A DNA stretch of 64,000 nucleotides from Eledone cirrhosa (lineage: Eukaryota), in NCBI GenBank assembly GCA_964016885.1, contig OZ024749.1:18600001-18664000 (forward strand), given 5' to 3'. The notes beneath the pieces were generated by a model. It did not search any database and had not been told where the DNA came from. It saw nothing but the letters and a program-made list of their open reading frames with translations. Below are positions 27,104 to 40,634 of the stretch, one piece after another. Position 1 is the stretch's first letter. The number at the start of each line of letters is the position of its first letter. The position numbers and the translations under genes are program-made.

Positions 27104-27284
27104 GGTGGATTGGCAGTATCGGCAGAGGGTCGGACGCCATGCTTTCCAGCATAGTTACGTCCCTTTACGATCTGAGTTCAAATCCCGCCGAGGTTGACTT
27201 TGCCTTTCATCCTTACGAGGTCGATAAAATAAAGTACCAGTAATGCACTGGGTAATTGCTGGCCTTGTGCCTAAAGTAGAAACA
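27104..27284 (+). mobile_element. tRNA-derived SINE with Nin-like central domain
   Basis: B box GAGTTCAAATCCC and GACTTTGCCTTTCATCCTT..GGTCGATAAAATAAAGTACCAG. Flanked by the direct repeat ATTATTCTGGAC (27092-27103, 27285-27296). Confidence 0.85.
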
Positions 27285-27482
27285 ATTATTCTGGACTCCG
27301 AAGCCGAGAATCATTCAGTTTCCTAAATAGTATATTAGTCTACGACTCCATTTAGACTATAAACGTGGTTTTTTCTTTACGTGTAATTGTTGTCACCGCT
27401 CCACATAACGACGTACTATCTTCGCTTTTTTCCGTTCATTGCCAGGGAACGTCTTCACGAATCAAAGCATAAATTATTTTAA

Positions 27483-28063
27483 CTAGTTGACGTACCCAGC
27501 TTCTCCCGGGTAAACAGATGGTAAGAGAAAAGGTCCCTATTTACTCCCTTCACAACTCTGTGTGTTAGACTGACAGACAGGCACACAGACAGATAAACTG
27601 CGTGGCGATTGTGGAACGCCGCACGTATACACATACACGCACGGAAACGCGCACACGCACGCAAACTTACACCCGCACCCGTGCACTTGCACACACTCAC
27701 ACATGTTGATAGTTTTTACTTTCTGTGGAACGCTGCACGCACGCACACACACATAAACATATGCGCACGTACATACACACGCACACGTGTTAATAGTTAT
27801 TGCTTTCCTTCCACTCTTATTCCCACACACATCACACACACACACATGTATCTACACTGACACATATACATAGTGTATCCAACACAGCGTTCACTTTGCC
27901 TCTCTGTTTCTTACTCTCCCCTCTCACTCTCTCATTGGCATTATGCATATTAATTTAAGTTTGGCGTCGTTGAGGTGGGCGGAGTCGTTTGAAATCTATG
28001 AACCAATGATAAACGAGAATTATGACACACGGAATATTGACATTGTTGAAATTAATATATAGA
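27483..28063 (-). mobile_element. Helitron family B, non-autonomous unit 3
   Basis: 5' TCTATATATTAATTT; 3' hairpin CCCGGGAGAAGCTGGG then CTAG|T. Confidence 0.88.
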
Positions 28064-28861
28064 CAAGCTGACGTTCCCAGCTTCGCCCGGTTAAACAGAT
28101 GATAAGAGAAGACAATTAAAAGTGTCCGTGTGATACAGAAAACAGTTTAAAAAAATCTTCCAGATATACCAGATACGTTGTACCGTTTGTGCATAGTATA
28201 TGAACAATTCTAAGTGATCCCACCTAGAATAGTGACCTCTGGGAGATGGTTCATCTTCTGCCTGATTGTAAAACGTGTATCATTGCATAGACGTGGTTGT
28301 TCCACGTTTCTCAAAAGGATGATGGAAGTTCCAATCTGTTATATTATATGTAGATATAGATATAGATAATTAATATAAAAGATGTCGTCAATGTAAAAAA
28401 GGTCCCTATTTACTCCCTTCACAACTCTGTGTATGTTAGACTGACAGACACGCACACAAACAGATAAACAGCGTGGCGATTGTGGAATGCCACACACATA
28501 CACGCATGGAATCGCGCACACGCACGCAAACTTACACACATGTTCATAGTTTTTACTTTCTGTGGAACGCTGCACGCACGCACACACACACATAAACATA
28601 CGCGCACGTACATACACATGCACGCATGTTAATAGGTATTGCTTTCTTTTACCTCTTATTTCCACACACATCACACACACATGTCTCTACACTGACACAT
28701 ATAGCGTTCACACTCTCCCCTCTCACTCCCTCATTGACATATGCATATTAATTTCAGTTTGGCGACGTTAAGGTGGGCGGAGTCGTTTGAAACCTATGAA
28801 CCAATGATAATCGAGAATTATGACACACGGAATACTGACGTTGTTCAAATTAATATATAGA
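28064..28861 (-). mobile_element. Helitron family B, non-autonomous unit 2
   Basis: Same 5' TC terminus and 3' hairpin (ending CTTG). The sequence equals the two ends of unit 1 joined together. Confidence 0.88.
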
Positions 28862-31800
28862 CTAGCTGACGTACGCTTCGCCCGGGTAAACAGATGATAA
28901 GAGAAGACTGGTAAAAGAGAAAATGACTATTGGATGTTTGTCTGGTTACAGTATGAGGCGAGTCCGTGGTGTCTGTGTGATACCAAAAACAGTTAAAAAA
29001 ATCTTCCAGATATACCAGATTCTTCGTTGTACCGTTTGTGCATAGTATATGAACAATTCTAGGTGCTCCCACCTAGAATAGTGACCTCTAGGAGATGGTT
29101 CATCTTCTGCCTGACTGTAAAACGTGTATCATTGCATAGACGTGGTTGTTCCACGTTTCTCAAAAGGATGATGGACGTTCCAATCTTTTATCTTATATAT
29201 AGCTATAGATAATTAATATAAAAGATGTCCGTCAATGTTAAAAAGGTCCCTATTTACTTGAAATGGTTTATACAAATACCAAATTTATATGGATATGGAT
29301 AACATGCTTATCTATAAGTGGTCAGCTATGACACAAAAATGTATTCAGTAATTTCCAGGCTCTTAGCCACTGAGTAATAGACAGTCAATATTGCTCAGAG
29401 TTCAACTCGGGAGGTGGCCTGGTTTGAACTCCAAATGGCGGATCCTTCTACTTCGAAAATAGAATCGTTTTCCAATATTACTCTAGCCCTGGCCGGCCAT
29501 AGGCACCAAACTTTTTGCCAGACTCTGCATATGATGAGGTTTTATTACCACCGCTATCAGAAGCGATACATTTGAAGGCAATTTCTACCAATACTTGTTG
29601 GTTTTTATTGCCCATTATCGATAATAAATGACATTGAACAGAAATGATAACTCTGTCAAAGCTCACAATACTGATCAAAGGGCACCAATGTCTTAATCAT
29701 TTACGTCGAATATTCATAGCAGTGAAGGCAATTTCTACCAATACTTGTTGGTATTTATTGCGCAACATATCAGTGAAAGCAATTTTTACCAATACTTGTT
29801 TGTTTTTATTGCTCATAACAACATTAAATGACATTGAACATAAATGATAACTCTGTCAAAGCTCACAATACTGATCAAAGGACACCAATGTCCGAATCAT
29901 TTACGTCGCTTATTGATAGCATTAAAGATATGCATACATCAGCTCAAAGCTTCATTATAGACAATATTAATGGTATCAATTGGAAATTATAGACAATATT
30001 AGTGGTATCAATTGGAAATTTTACACCATCAGGATCGCACACTCGAGATGCAGCAACAGTTGCCCATGACTGAATGCTGGATCATTCAAGTAGACACCGA
30101 CTCGCTTGAAAGTCTGTCCCTGTGCCTTGTTGACAGTCATGGCGAAGGCCAAATTGACGGAAAACTGTCTCCTTTGCCAAATAAATGGCAGCAGATCTTC
30201 ACTTGGTCTCAGCATGATCCTCGGAATGAGAACCGAGTCCTCTCTGCCTGGGAGTTTAGCTTCTAAAACTCTTCCGTTAATCAATCTCTCAACAATCAAT
30301 CTGGTACCATTGCAAAGACCCATTTTATGGGTATACCCCTTTTCAACCTCAAAATATGGGGGCAGAATCCGGGTATTTGAAGTGAATTCAGATACTCAGT
30401 CGGAACATCCATATTGTTCTGCTGATTAGGCTCCATTGCATCCGCACTGACTGTCAACCATTCCTCTCCAGGAAACATTCCGGCTACTTGTGAATTTATT
30501 TCATCGACCGTTGCATTCGTATGAGTTAGAATAACGCGTTCCGATATCCAGGAGATATTCTGCCAAAAAGCATTCAAATTAGGGAACACCCAGTCAATCA
30601 ATGCTTGGCGGTCCAGTGGCATGACCAAATGGTCTTAGATCTTACAGTCTGATTATCACCAACGTGTGGCAATTCATCGTTTCCCAACTGCATCAACCAT
30701 CGGCCGTATGTCTCAGCCTCTTCGTTTTGCCCGAACATACGAAGTCGCATATTATCGTGTAATCGCAAAACTCTGAAATGGCGCCACAACGGGGACTTTT
30801 TCAGACATGCATCGACAATTTGCGCACTTTGAGCATTCCTAACAATTTGTAGCACCTGTCTGAAATCGCCACCAAGAACGATAGTCTTACCACTGAATGG
30901 CAGGTCACTACCGCAGATATCTCTCAAAGTTCTGTCCAATGCCTCCAGCAAATATCTGTGTGCCATTGGCGCCTCGTCTCAAATAATCAGAGACGTATTG
31001 CGTATAAGGCCAGCGAGTTCACTTTGTCCTGTAATGTTACAGACACTCAACTCATCCGGAGCCAATGGAGCTTTGAAGCATGAGTGGAAGGTCCTTCCAC
31101 CACTCAGCAAAGTGGCAGTGATCCCACTGGTGGCCACAGGGGGAGCAATCTTCCTCTGTGCTCTGACTGCCGATAACATAATGTTGAAACAGAATGTCTT
31201 TCCGGTGCCTCCTGGAGCATCTATGAAAGCACAAAGTTGCTCATTAGTGGAAATCGAATGGAGAACGCCATCGACCAATTCTCTCTGAGATTGGGTCAAC
31301 ATTGGCGTAGGTTCATCCACAATACGTTGCTGTTCCAGTGGATCAAACTGGAATAGTTCCCTCCGATCGAGTGGCAACCGTCTAAGCTGCAATCTCATGT
31401 TCAATGCTAAGACACGTTGCCGCATTTCTTCATCAGGAATTGGCAAATTGAAATCTGTTAAACATTTGAAATGAACTACAAGTAGTTGCTCAATATTGAG
31501 CAAAACAATAGCTTTCATCAAATTTTCATCATCGATGATGCCTAAAATCATCAGCCATAATTCCCCAATGGCGTTCAAATAACTCTCTTGGATCGGTAGG
31601 ATTGCAGAATCCTAGAATCGTGACAAACAACTGCCTTATTTGAGCTGGCATCTGTGTTGTTCCTGCAGCTTCCATGGCGTTATTCCATTCAGCGTCATCC
31701 TGAAGGAGTCCCAGATGCTGACACACAGCCTGGTATGTTTCATATTCCACGCCATTGATTATTTTCAAATCAGCGAAGCTCTGTTTACCTCTCGAAAAAT

Positions 31801-34770
31801 CACTATGCAACAGAATTCGGAGATAAAACACATCACCAGATACTGGATGGACATTACAAACCCGTCCAATAGTCATGAATCTCAACTTTTGTTTTCTATC
31901 ATTCCATTTCTTTCCCTTCTTATCCCACGTGTAGTGCGAAGGGAAATCGCAGTAGAGCTGCCTTTGATCCGGGTTCAAAGCATGTTCCATATTATGCTTG
32001 AACCACTCAGTCAATTACGTCTTAGGAGGTGGTGCGTTAGCAATTCTTTCGACACCTCTTCTAGTGTCCTGAAAACAGACCATTTGCCTATTCTCTAAGT
32101 GAACCGTCAGTTTCTGAACGCTGGGTTTGCGTTCATTGAGATCAAAATCGAACAATCTCCAGCAAGCTTCGCTAGATCCAATCGAGCGAACATCCTGGAA
32201 CCTGCCAACTTCATCTCCTTGGTTCGCTTCCTCATTCCTGACATTGATCATTGCCCGATCATGACCTTTGTAAACATATTTGAATAGATATTTGCAAGCT
32301 TTCACTGAGCTGCAAATTTCCACATTAATATGACAACTATATTTCATAATCAAATATGGATTGTATGGCACAACCCATTGATTTGTAACCTGTCGACCGT
32401 TTACATTTCGACCAAACCACCATCGGAAGGCGACCGTCTTCTGTATGAGGGATGAGCATCCCCATCGTTCCAGAAAGTGTTCGTGACAAAAGATTTCGGA
32501 AAGTGCTTACTGCATTGGCCATTTTTCATGCAAGGCGCTTTCCGATTTGCCACTCCGCATTGGTTGTGCACCATTGACTTTGCCACCAAGTGGCGTAGTG
32601 CCTCACTCTCCGGCAGTTCAGCACACACAATGCTGTCGACATCCTCAGCACATCTCAATTTGCAATCTCTATGTAAAATGATCAGCAAATGTGCATGTGG
32701 CAATCCTCTTTTTTGGAATTCAATTACGTATGTAAAAGCAACTATACCTCCAAAGATTCCCTCTTTTTCCACATCATCCATTATCTTTTTCAGATATCCT
32801 TTGAATACTACTGTTGCCACAATATCAGGACGGTCCTTTGGCTGTTGTTCTGGCAAAAGTGCATCCTTAATATCAGTCCATTCAGGATTGCATGTAACCG
32901 TTATAAACAAATCTGGCTTTCCAAACTTTCTGACAATAGCCATTGCATCCTGATAGCGAATGTTCATATATCTCGGGCTGCCGATGAACGACGATGGCAA
33001 AATGATGCGTCGACCAATTTGCTTGTAATTGGCATCATCGGCTGTTATCGCATCCTGTATATTATTATACAATTCAGCTCTGATATGTAGCTATATAATT
33101 TACCTTTTGATTTTCGATCTTTGCGTATGCCATACAACAGTATTCCTGGAACAATCTGCTGGCTTGAAATAGCGCATTTCTCTGTTGATTCCTCTCGTTC
33201 AAATGGAACGCGTAAAAGTCGCGAATCGAATTATTGTGTCTATTGCCACCTCCCTGTTGATGCTGATTCTCATGATCATCTAAATGAACAGAGATGTTCC
33301 ATCCATTTTCACCTTTTGGGAATAAAAGAACATAATGCAATGGATCGTATGTCCTATTCGACTCATTGATAGTCTTGAGACCACCATCTCTGCGATTAAG
33401 GGCGATATCTCTCGATCCAGGATTATCGTCCATCAACACAGCAACTTCACGAAATTCTTCAGGGGCATTATATCGCCGTTTGTGTTGATTCCTTGGCACT
33501 GCGTCAGCCTTAATCACCAATGTTTGTTGCTGAACATTTTGCAGTTCAGCCACCAACATGAAATCCATAACATAAGGATTACACTGTCTAAGCCATGATT
33601 GCAAATCACGGATCAAATCACTTAACCTTTGCCGTTCAAGTTCAGTTATATTTCCCGGCAACTTCATCCAACTGATCCTGATATCCTCCTCCGATTCACT
33701 ATAATCTGGATCGTTAACGTAAATTTTAGCGAATCGAGGCCTCTCTCCTGGGGTAACTTCTAAATTACCGATACAATGATACAAACGGCATTGAATACTA
33801 CATTCGGTTGTCATGCTCCACTCTCAAACATCTCACTAACTCTCTGCGATGCTAAAGCTAATGAATTGTTAATTTGCCGCGAATATTTGCGCAGTAATCT
33901 ACCTCGGTCTCCTTGATTACCCCACATACTTAGTATTTTAAACTCCGGTGACTCCTCATCATCCGGCATTCGCAAGGGTTCTAGTTGAACTGCTCCTTTA
34001 TGACAGCACATTGTGGTCCACGTCTTTTCGTGCCTCCAGATCAATGCTCCACAATGTGGACATTCTGCTCGTCCACCAATCTGACAATGACACGGTTGCC
34101 ATGATCCATTTTTAATATCATTCGTTCGCCTTCTAGCATCTTTACTGGAATGAGGAGCACTTTGGCGACACATTCTCTGAACTTCTGTATTGCACTGGCG
34201 CTGTTCAGCCAGTTCGTCTTCAACCATCGCAGCACGCCGTTTCCGCTGTAATTCACTGTTTGATAAAGTCGAATTGCTTTTATTATCAGTATTCATTTCG
34301 AGCAATTGTAAAAAGATGACACAATAATAAATATAAAAGATGTCCGTCAATTTAAAGAAAGGTCCCTATTTACACCCTTCACAACTCTGTGTATGTTAGA
34401 CTGACAGACAGGCACACAGACAGATAAACTGCGTGGCGATTGTGGAACGCCACACATATACACGCATGGAAACGCGCACACGCACGCAAACTTACACACT
34501 CACACATGTTGATAGTTTTTACTTTCTGTGGAACACTGCACGCACGCACACACACATAAACATACGCGCACATACATACTCACGCACACATGTTAATAGT
34601 TATTGAACACAACGTTCACACTCTCCCCTCTCACTCCCTCATTGGCATTATGCATATTAATTTCAGTTTGGCGTCGTTGAGGTGGGCGGAGTCGTTTGAA
34701 ACCTATGAACCAATGATAATCGAGAATTGTGACACACGGAATACTGACGTTCTTCAAATTAATAAATCGA
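28862..34770 (-). mobile_element. Helitron family B, full-length but frameshifted RepHel element (unit 1)
   Basis: A|TC at 34770. Zn finger CPHC...CC; Rep motifs KPDLFITVTCNPEW, EFQKRGLPHAH, YLFKYVYKG; Pif1 motifs APGGTGKT, GDFRQ, FAMTVNKAQGQT; 3' CTAG at 28862-28865. Confidence 0.95.
29570..29925. repeat. Tandem duplications in the Helitron 3' region
   Basis: GAAGGCAATTTCTACCAATACTTGTT occurs three times and AAATGACATTGAACA...CATTTACGTCG twice. Confidence 0.8.
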
Positions 34771-34779
34771 TATATATAT

Positions 34780-34780
<1 letters not shown>

Positions 34781-34823
<43 letters not shown>

Positions 34824-34868
34824 TTTACGTCCGCTTTTCTCTGCTTGCAAGCCATGTGCCTCTTCCTA
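34781..34868 (-). mobile_element. Minimal SINE: head fused directly to tail
   Basis: AGGAAGAGGCACATGGCTT joined to GCAAGCAGAGAAAAGCGGACGTAAAATG(ATG)n. Confidence 0.7.
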
Positions 34869-34919
34869 TATATATATATATACTATATACACACACATAT
34901 ATATATATATATGTGTATA

Positions 34920-37900
34920 TCACCTTGATCACCTTGACCGACCAGTCTGTCGGGCGTCCATTCGGCGCCGCTGGTCATAGCACGCCGTCCATTCATCTCT
35001 GGATCGTGCTTTCCTCATCCATGTAGTCATCTGCCACCTTCGTGGAGGCCTTCCGAGTGGTCGCTTCCACTCGCACGGGTACCACTCGGCAACTGCGCGG
35101 GTCCATTGATTATCGGTGAACCGGGCGACGTGTCCAGCCCATCTGAACTTGCTGCGTATATATTGCGCGATGACGTCCCTTACGCCGGACTTCTGTCTGA
35201 TGACTTCGTTCCTGATGTGCTCTCTCAACGAGATTCCGAGCATTGATCTCTCCATGGCTCTTTGAGCCGTTACCAACCTCTGCTCTTCTCTCTTCGTTGT
35301 AGCCCAAGTTTCACTGCCATATAACTTTGTAGGTAAAACTGTGCTATTGAAGAGGTTGGCGCGGGTGATCTTGTCCAACCTCCCCTTGAACACATCCCTT
35401 ATGCCGTTGAACGCCTTCCATCCGGCCCTTACTCTCCGCGAGATCTCCCTCTCAATGTCTCGGCGCATGTTCACTTCTTGTCCTAGGTAGACGTATTCCT
35501 CCACCTCCTCTATTTCATCACCGCCAACCAACATTCGACCTGTTGGTACGTTGTCGGACCGCATGAACTTCGTTTTCATGCTGTTCATCTTGAGGCCTAC
35601 TGCAGAGCTTTTGATGTCGAGCTCCGTCAGCAAGGTCTGAAGCCGATCCGTGGTTTCAGCGTTGAGTACGATCTCATCAGCCAAACGGAGGTGGGTAAGT
35701 ATCTCGCCATTGATGGTGACAGTCAATGCCTCTGATGATCTGCTCGAGACACGCGGTGAAAAGTTTTGGAGAGATCGTATCTCATTGCTTCACTCTCTTC
35801 TCGATCGGCACTCGTACGGGTGATGACAACAGAGCTATGTCGGTGGTGCATCCGGAATTCGCCTCCTTGAGCAGTTGAACGTATTGCGCCTCGACTCCTT
35901 GCCTCTGCAGCGAGTTCAGCACTGCGTTGATTTCGACGCTGTCGAAGGCCTTCCCGTAGTCTACGAACGCGACGCAAAGAGGTATCTTGTACACTTTCGC
36001 TCGCTCAAGCAGTTGTGTCAGAGTAAATATGTGGTCCATCGTGCTGTAGTTCTTCCGGAAGCCGGCTTGCTCTTTCGGTTGCTGTTCGTCCAGATGATGT
36101 GATAACCTGTTCAGGATTATCTTCGTGAACAGCTTGTACACGTGAGACGGCGGGAATATGGGTCGGTAGTTCTTCAGATCTTCTCTATCGCCCTTCTTGT
36201 ATAGCAGGATGGTATTCGACTCTTTCCACTGTGAGGGTATTCTTCCCTCGTCCAGATAGTGTGTGAATCGCTCGGCGAGGATTTTCCAGAGATGCTCTCC
36301 GCCTGACTTCAACACCTTCGATGTTATGCCGTCTTTCCCTGGCGCCTTTCCGCTTTTCATCACGCCGACGGCTCTTTCGACCTCACCGACAAGGATGGGT
36401 GGCACATTTTCTTCCTGTTGGAGTGACAGCAACGGCTGCACATTCCCGGCAGACTTGAAGAACTTGGTGTAGAAGTCTTCGTAAATCTTTTCCATCTCAT
36501 TCTTGTCGCTGACCGGTACTCCAGCTGTGTTCTTCCGGGTCGTCACCTCCGATCTGTACATTGCCATGTCCTCTCGCATTTCTTGAGGCTCTTCTTTCCT
36601 TTGCGGCCTTCAGGAGCTTCTCCATCCGGTATGCCTCGAAGTCTCTCTTCAGTTGTTGACGTATCACTCTGCTGAGAAGGGAATATTCGAGGTGATCTTC
36701 AGGTGTCTTCTTCATATTCTTCCTCTTCTAAAGCAACTTCATAGTTTCCTCCAAGACTCTTCCCTTCCGCTCCCTCGGGCACACACCCTTAGCCTTCCTC
36801 AAGCATTCCTTCAGTTTCCCTATCAGTGAGTCGTAGTCAGCGTCTATGCCGTTTCCTTGACGCCACTTTTCCTGCATGATGGCTTCCTACAGATGCGCCT
36901 CGTTGAAGACCCAGACGCGTTCTCCCTTCGACGCCAAATGCAGCGCCTTCTTCTCCCTCATGCGGTCGATGACGACCTTCGCCCTCACCAGACGATGATC
37001 ACTGCCAGTGTTGAATGACGTTATGACGGAGACGTCCTGCAGTATGCGTCGCTTGTCGACCAGGATGTAGTCGATCTTGTTTCCGTGCTCAGAATTTAGC
37101 GATACCCAGGTCCATCTCTTCTCCTCCTTCTTCCTGAATAGGCTGTTTCCGATGTAGAGCCGTCTCATCTCCGCCATGGTGACCAGACGCTCTCCTCTCT
37201 CATTTCGATCTCCTAGGCCGAATCTTCCTACATACACTTCCCCTTGCCGTCCCTGTCCTACCTTTGCGTTGAAGTCTCCCATCACGACGGTGTAAGTGGA
37301 CTTCACAGCTAGCACTTTGTCTAGCTGGCGATAGAATTCTTCCACTTCATCGTCGTCGCTGGCACTTGTGGGAGCGTAGGTCTGGATGATCTTGAAGGTG
37401 GACTTCCCTGAGAGGTTTACGTTCAGTACACCAATCCGTGACGATATGAACTGGCAATAAGCGACCTTCGAAGCCCATTCCTTGCTTACGATAAACCCTA
37501 TACCTCCGACCAATCTGGCATCCTCTGCTTTCCCGAGTCTCACGGCGCATCCATCTTGCCATCGGGAATTCGCCTCCTTCTTCTAGCGGGTCTCGCACAG
37601 CCCTAACACATCCCACCTGATCTTCTTCTTCTCCTCCATTAGGTGGTTCAGTCCTTGCCTCCCTGCCGAAGACCTGCAGTTGTATGTGCATATGGCAAGG
37701 TTAGTCCTGTTCCATGGCGGCCTTCGGGAACCTGTGATTCTTAGCAGCCTCTCGTCGCTCGGGTTGCACTCTGCCGTCATGGGGTAGCCAGATTGACTCG
37801 CAGGGTACTGAGGCCCTTTTCTTCGTGCTGTTTGAACCATAAGAAGACGCCATCCCATTGGTTGGGCGGGCAGGCCGGTACCTCTTCAGTTTAGCTAGCT

Positions 37901-37940
37901 TTTGAACTCTAAAAGATGATGAATCATCTCTAGGACCCAA
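34920..37940 (-). mobile_element. Second RTE-clade LINE (RTE-1-like), near full-length, disabled
   Basis: CTYNCRS, GLCETR, TYAPTS, GDFNAKVG, SDHRLV (APE); FVDYGKAFDS, LRLADE, WAGHVAR, RPLGRPPRRW (RT). 3' end is TCAAGGTGA x2. Confidence 0.93.
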
Positions 37941-40254
37941 TATATATATATATACACACATATATATATATATATATATACATATATACACACATATATA
38001 TATATACACACGCATATATATATATATATATATACACATATATATATATACACACACATATATATACACATCATCATCACCATTTTACGTCCGCTTTTCC
38101 CTGCGTCAATAGATGGATACAGGGACACAACATCCATACTACCTATTATGCAGTTTATTGGGTCCCTAGATCGGTTACTCACGCCGATTCTGCTGAGGAG
38201 GTCCTCCGTGCTGTCACATACATCTGGGGACATTTCAATGATGGGCGTATGATCAGGGAGAGGAAGTAGGACAGTCTGTAGTTACTAGCAATGTTAGCTC
38301 CACAGACCGGCCGTGTTGGTGGTCCCGCGACAGGGTCACTGCCCGTTTTATGGTCTTTTCGAAGCCCATACGAAGACTTCTACATTTACGAAGACTTCTA
38401 GATTTACGAAGACTTCTACACCGGCACGTCATTGTTCCAGGCCTGGAAGTTGTTGGCAGTCCTTTTGTTGGGCTGCATTATATTCGTCCACATCACCATA
38501 TGGGCATTGAGGGCTTTTTCTCTATCCTCATGCTCCTGTGGTGTTACCTCTCTTGTGTTAGTGATGTGGGGTTGCATTGCCTGGATGTAGTTTGGCAGGC
38601 TGTCAACCGACATTCTGCCAGACTTGTCTGTTGGAAAGCATACTATCTCTCCATTACGCGAGTGCTGCATGAGCTTACGCAAGCCATTTGCAGATTTTTC
38701 TGCCAGTTGCTGGGCCTTCATTCTATTATGCTTTTTGCTATACTGTTCTATAATATTTCTAAGTTCGGATCTAGCTATACTGCGACGGCAATTGCGTGCG
38801 TTTGTTAAATGGTAAAGTCGTGGCGTGGACTCGTCGCAGGTCGAACGATTTATCGGAGGGATTATAAAAAGTAGAGTTCCAGGCTGCTGCTTTATGTGTA
38901 CTAGTGCTATTGTTATTGTTAGTTGTGTTGTTTCTATTTCTATTTCCACCAACAGCCTCATGGTTGTTTCTATGTCTCTCATAATTACTCCTGTCTCTTT
39001 CCACTGGCTCATTGTTGTTATCTACCCTATTTTGTGTGCCTGTGTGTTCGTCTTGGTTATTTTCTTTGTCCTTAGTCTCCCTTCTCCTTTTAATCCTATT
39101 ACTTTCCATTATTTCTGTGATTTCTGTGCTACTGTCATTACTTGTTTTCTGTGTCTGTGTGTTTGTTAAGACTGTGGTGGTGGTGAGAGGCATTGAATGT
39201 GTGTGTGCTGTTGTTGATGTGTGTTGTTGTTGTCTCCGTGTGTGTTATTATTGTTGTGTGTGTTGTTATTGTTGTTTGTGTCTGTTGTTGTTGTTGGTGT
39301 GTGTGTTGTTGTTATTGTTGTTAGTGTCTGTGTGTCTGTTGTTGTTGGGATGTGTGTTGTATATGTGTGTGCGTATATTATTGCTTTTGTTTTTGAGGCT
39401 CCAGCGTAGTTTTGTAAATGAGTTTTCTATTTCTGACAGACAACTAATCATATTTACCTTCTTGAATGTCGCAAATTTCGGGGGTAGACATAATACAGAT
39501 AACTCATCGTTATCTATTATTGTGTTGCCGTATATATTTGTGTTGTTGTTGTTGTTGTTGAACTCATCTGTTAATGAGGTGTCGGCCATATTTATACCGT
39601 CAATTTTGTCGGGATATCTATTGGTATTCTCTATAGTATCCTGATTTAGCTTTATCTGCTTAAGCCACTTTAGTTTCTTGTTAAAGTGCTTATCACATTC
39701 TTGAGTAATGTACTGTTCTTCAGGACGTATAAGGCTTATAAATATTAGTTTCTCTCTTGGTGTGGTGATCCTAGCTATTTCTTGTATTAGGTTACGCTTA
39801 TGTTTTTCTTGATGACTTAGTTCTCTATAGATCTTCTTTTTTATGTTTAGAATTAGTGTTCGTTTTAGCCTATCTGCTTGTTTTTTGGTGAGTTGTAATC
39901 TTCTTACGTCGGTGTTGATGGTGTTGGTGTAAACTCGGGACGAGGCACATTCTTTTATGAAGTGTAGTTGTCGAGATGTTATGGTTTTTCGTAGACAACA
40001 GAACATGGTGGTTTTCAGTATCTTGTTAGCCTGGCTAAGGCTTACGATATTTCGTTTCTGAATTTGTTTAGCAAGATTCTTTATCTGAAATCGTGTGTTG
40101 AAACCGATGTTGGGGAGGGTCATGTTGCCAATAAGAAACACACGTACCAGTTGCTTTCACTTCAATTTATTATAATAAATTTATAATAAATTTATAAATT
40201 TATAAATTTCTGGTTCGTTGGTTGGGTCCACAACCAGATAGTTGTTTATATATT

Positions 40255-40297
40255 GTCATAGTTCTTTCGTCACACACCCTGTGACCTCTTCAGTGAC
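40255..40297 (-). ncRNA. Minimal hammerhead ribozyme
   Basis: GTCA-CTGAAGA-G-GTCACA(GGGTG)TGTGAC-GAAA-GAAC-TA-TGAC. Confidence 0.78.
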
Positions 40298-40634
40298 TGG
40301 CGATTCCTTTCTTTGTTTCTGTGCCTCTCCTTTGTTCTGTCCTACGCCATTTTGTTTCTGTGTGTGTGTGTTGTGTGCTCAGTCTGCGCATGCGCCACAC
40401 CCGGGTGTCTGTGTGTGTTTATGTTCATTTATTTATTTGTTTATTTACATGTTACTGGTTGGTTGTTTGTTCTATGTGTGTGTGTATTTTCATTTTGTCC
40501 TTAATTGTAAGTTGTGATGTTGCTGTTCCACTCATATTTTCTATTTAATTTTGGTTGTAATTCTTTTATGTTTATTGCCTCTGTAATTTGTCTAAACAGA
40601 CACACAAAATAGGGTAGATAACAACAATGAGCCA

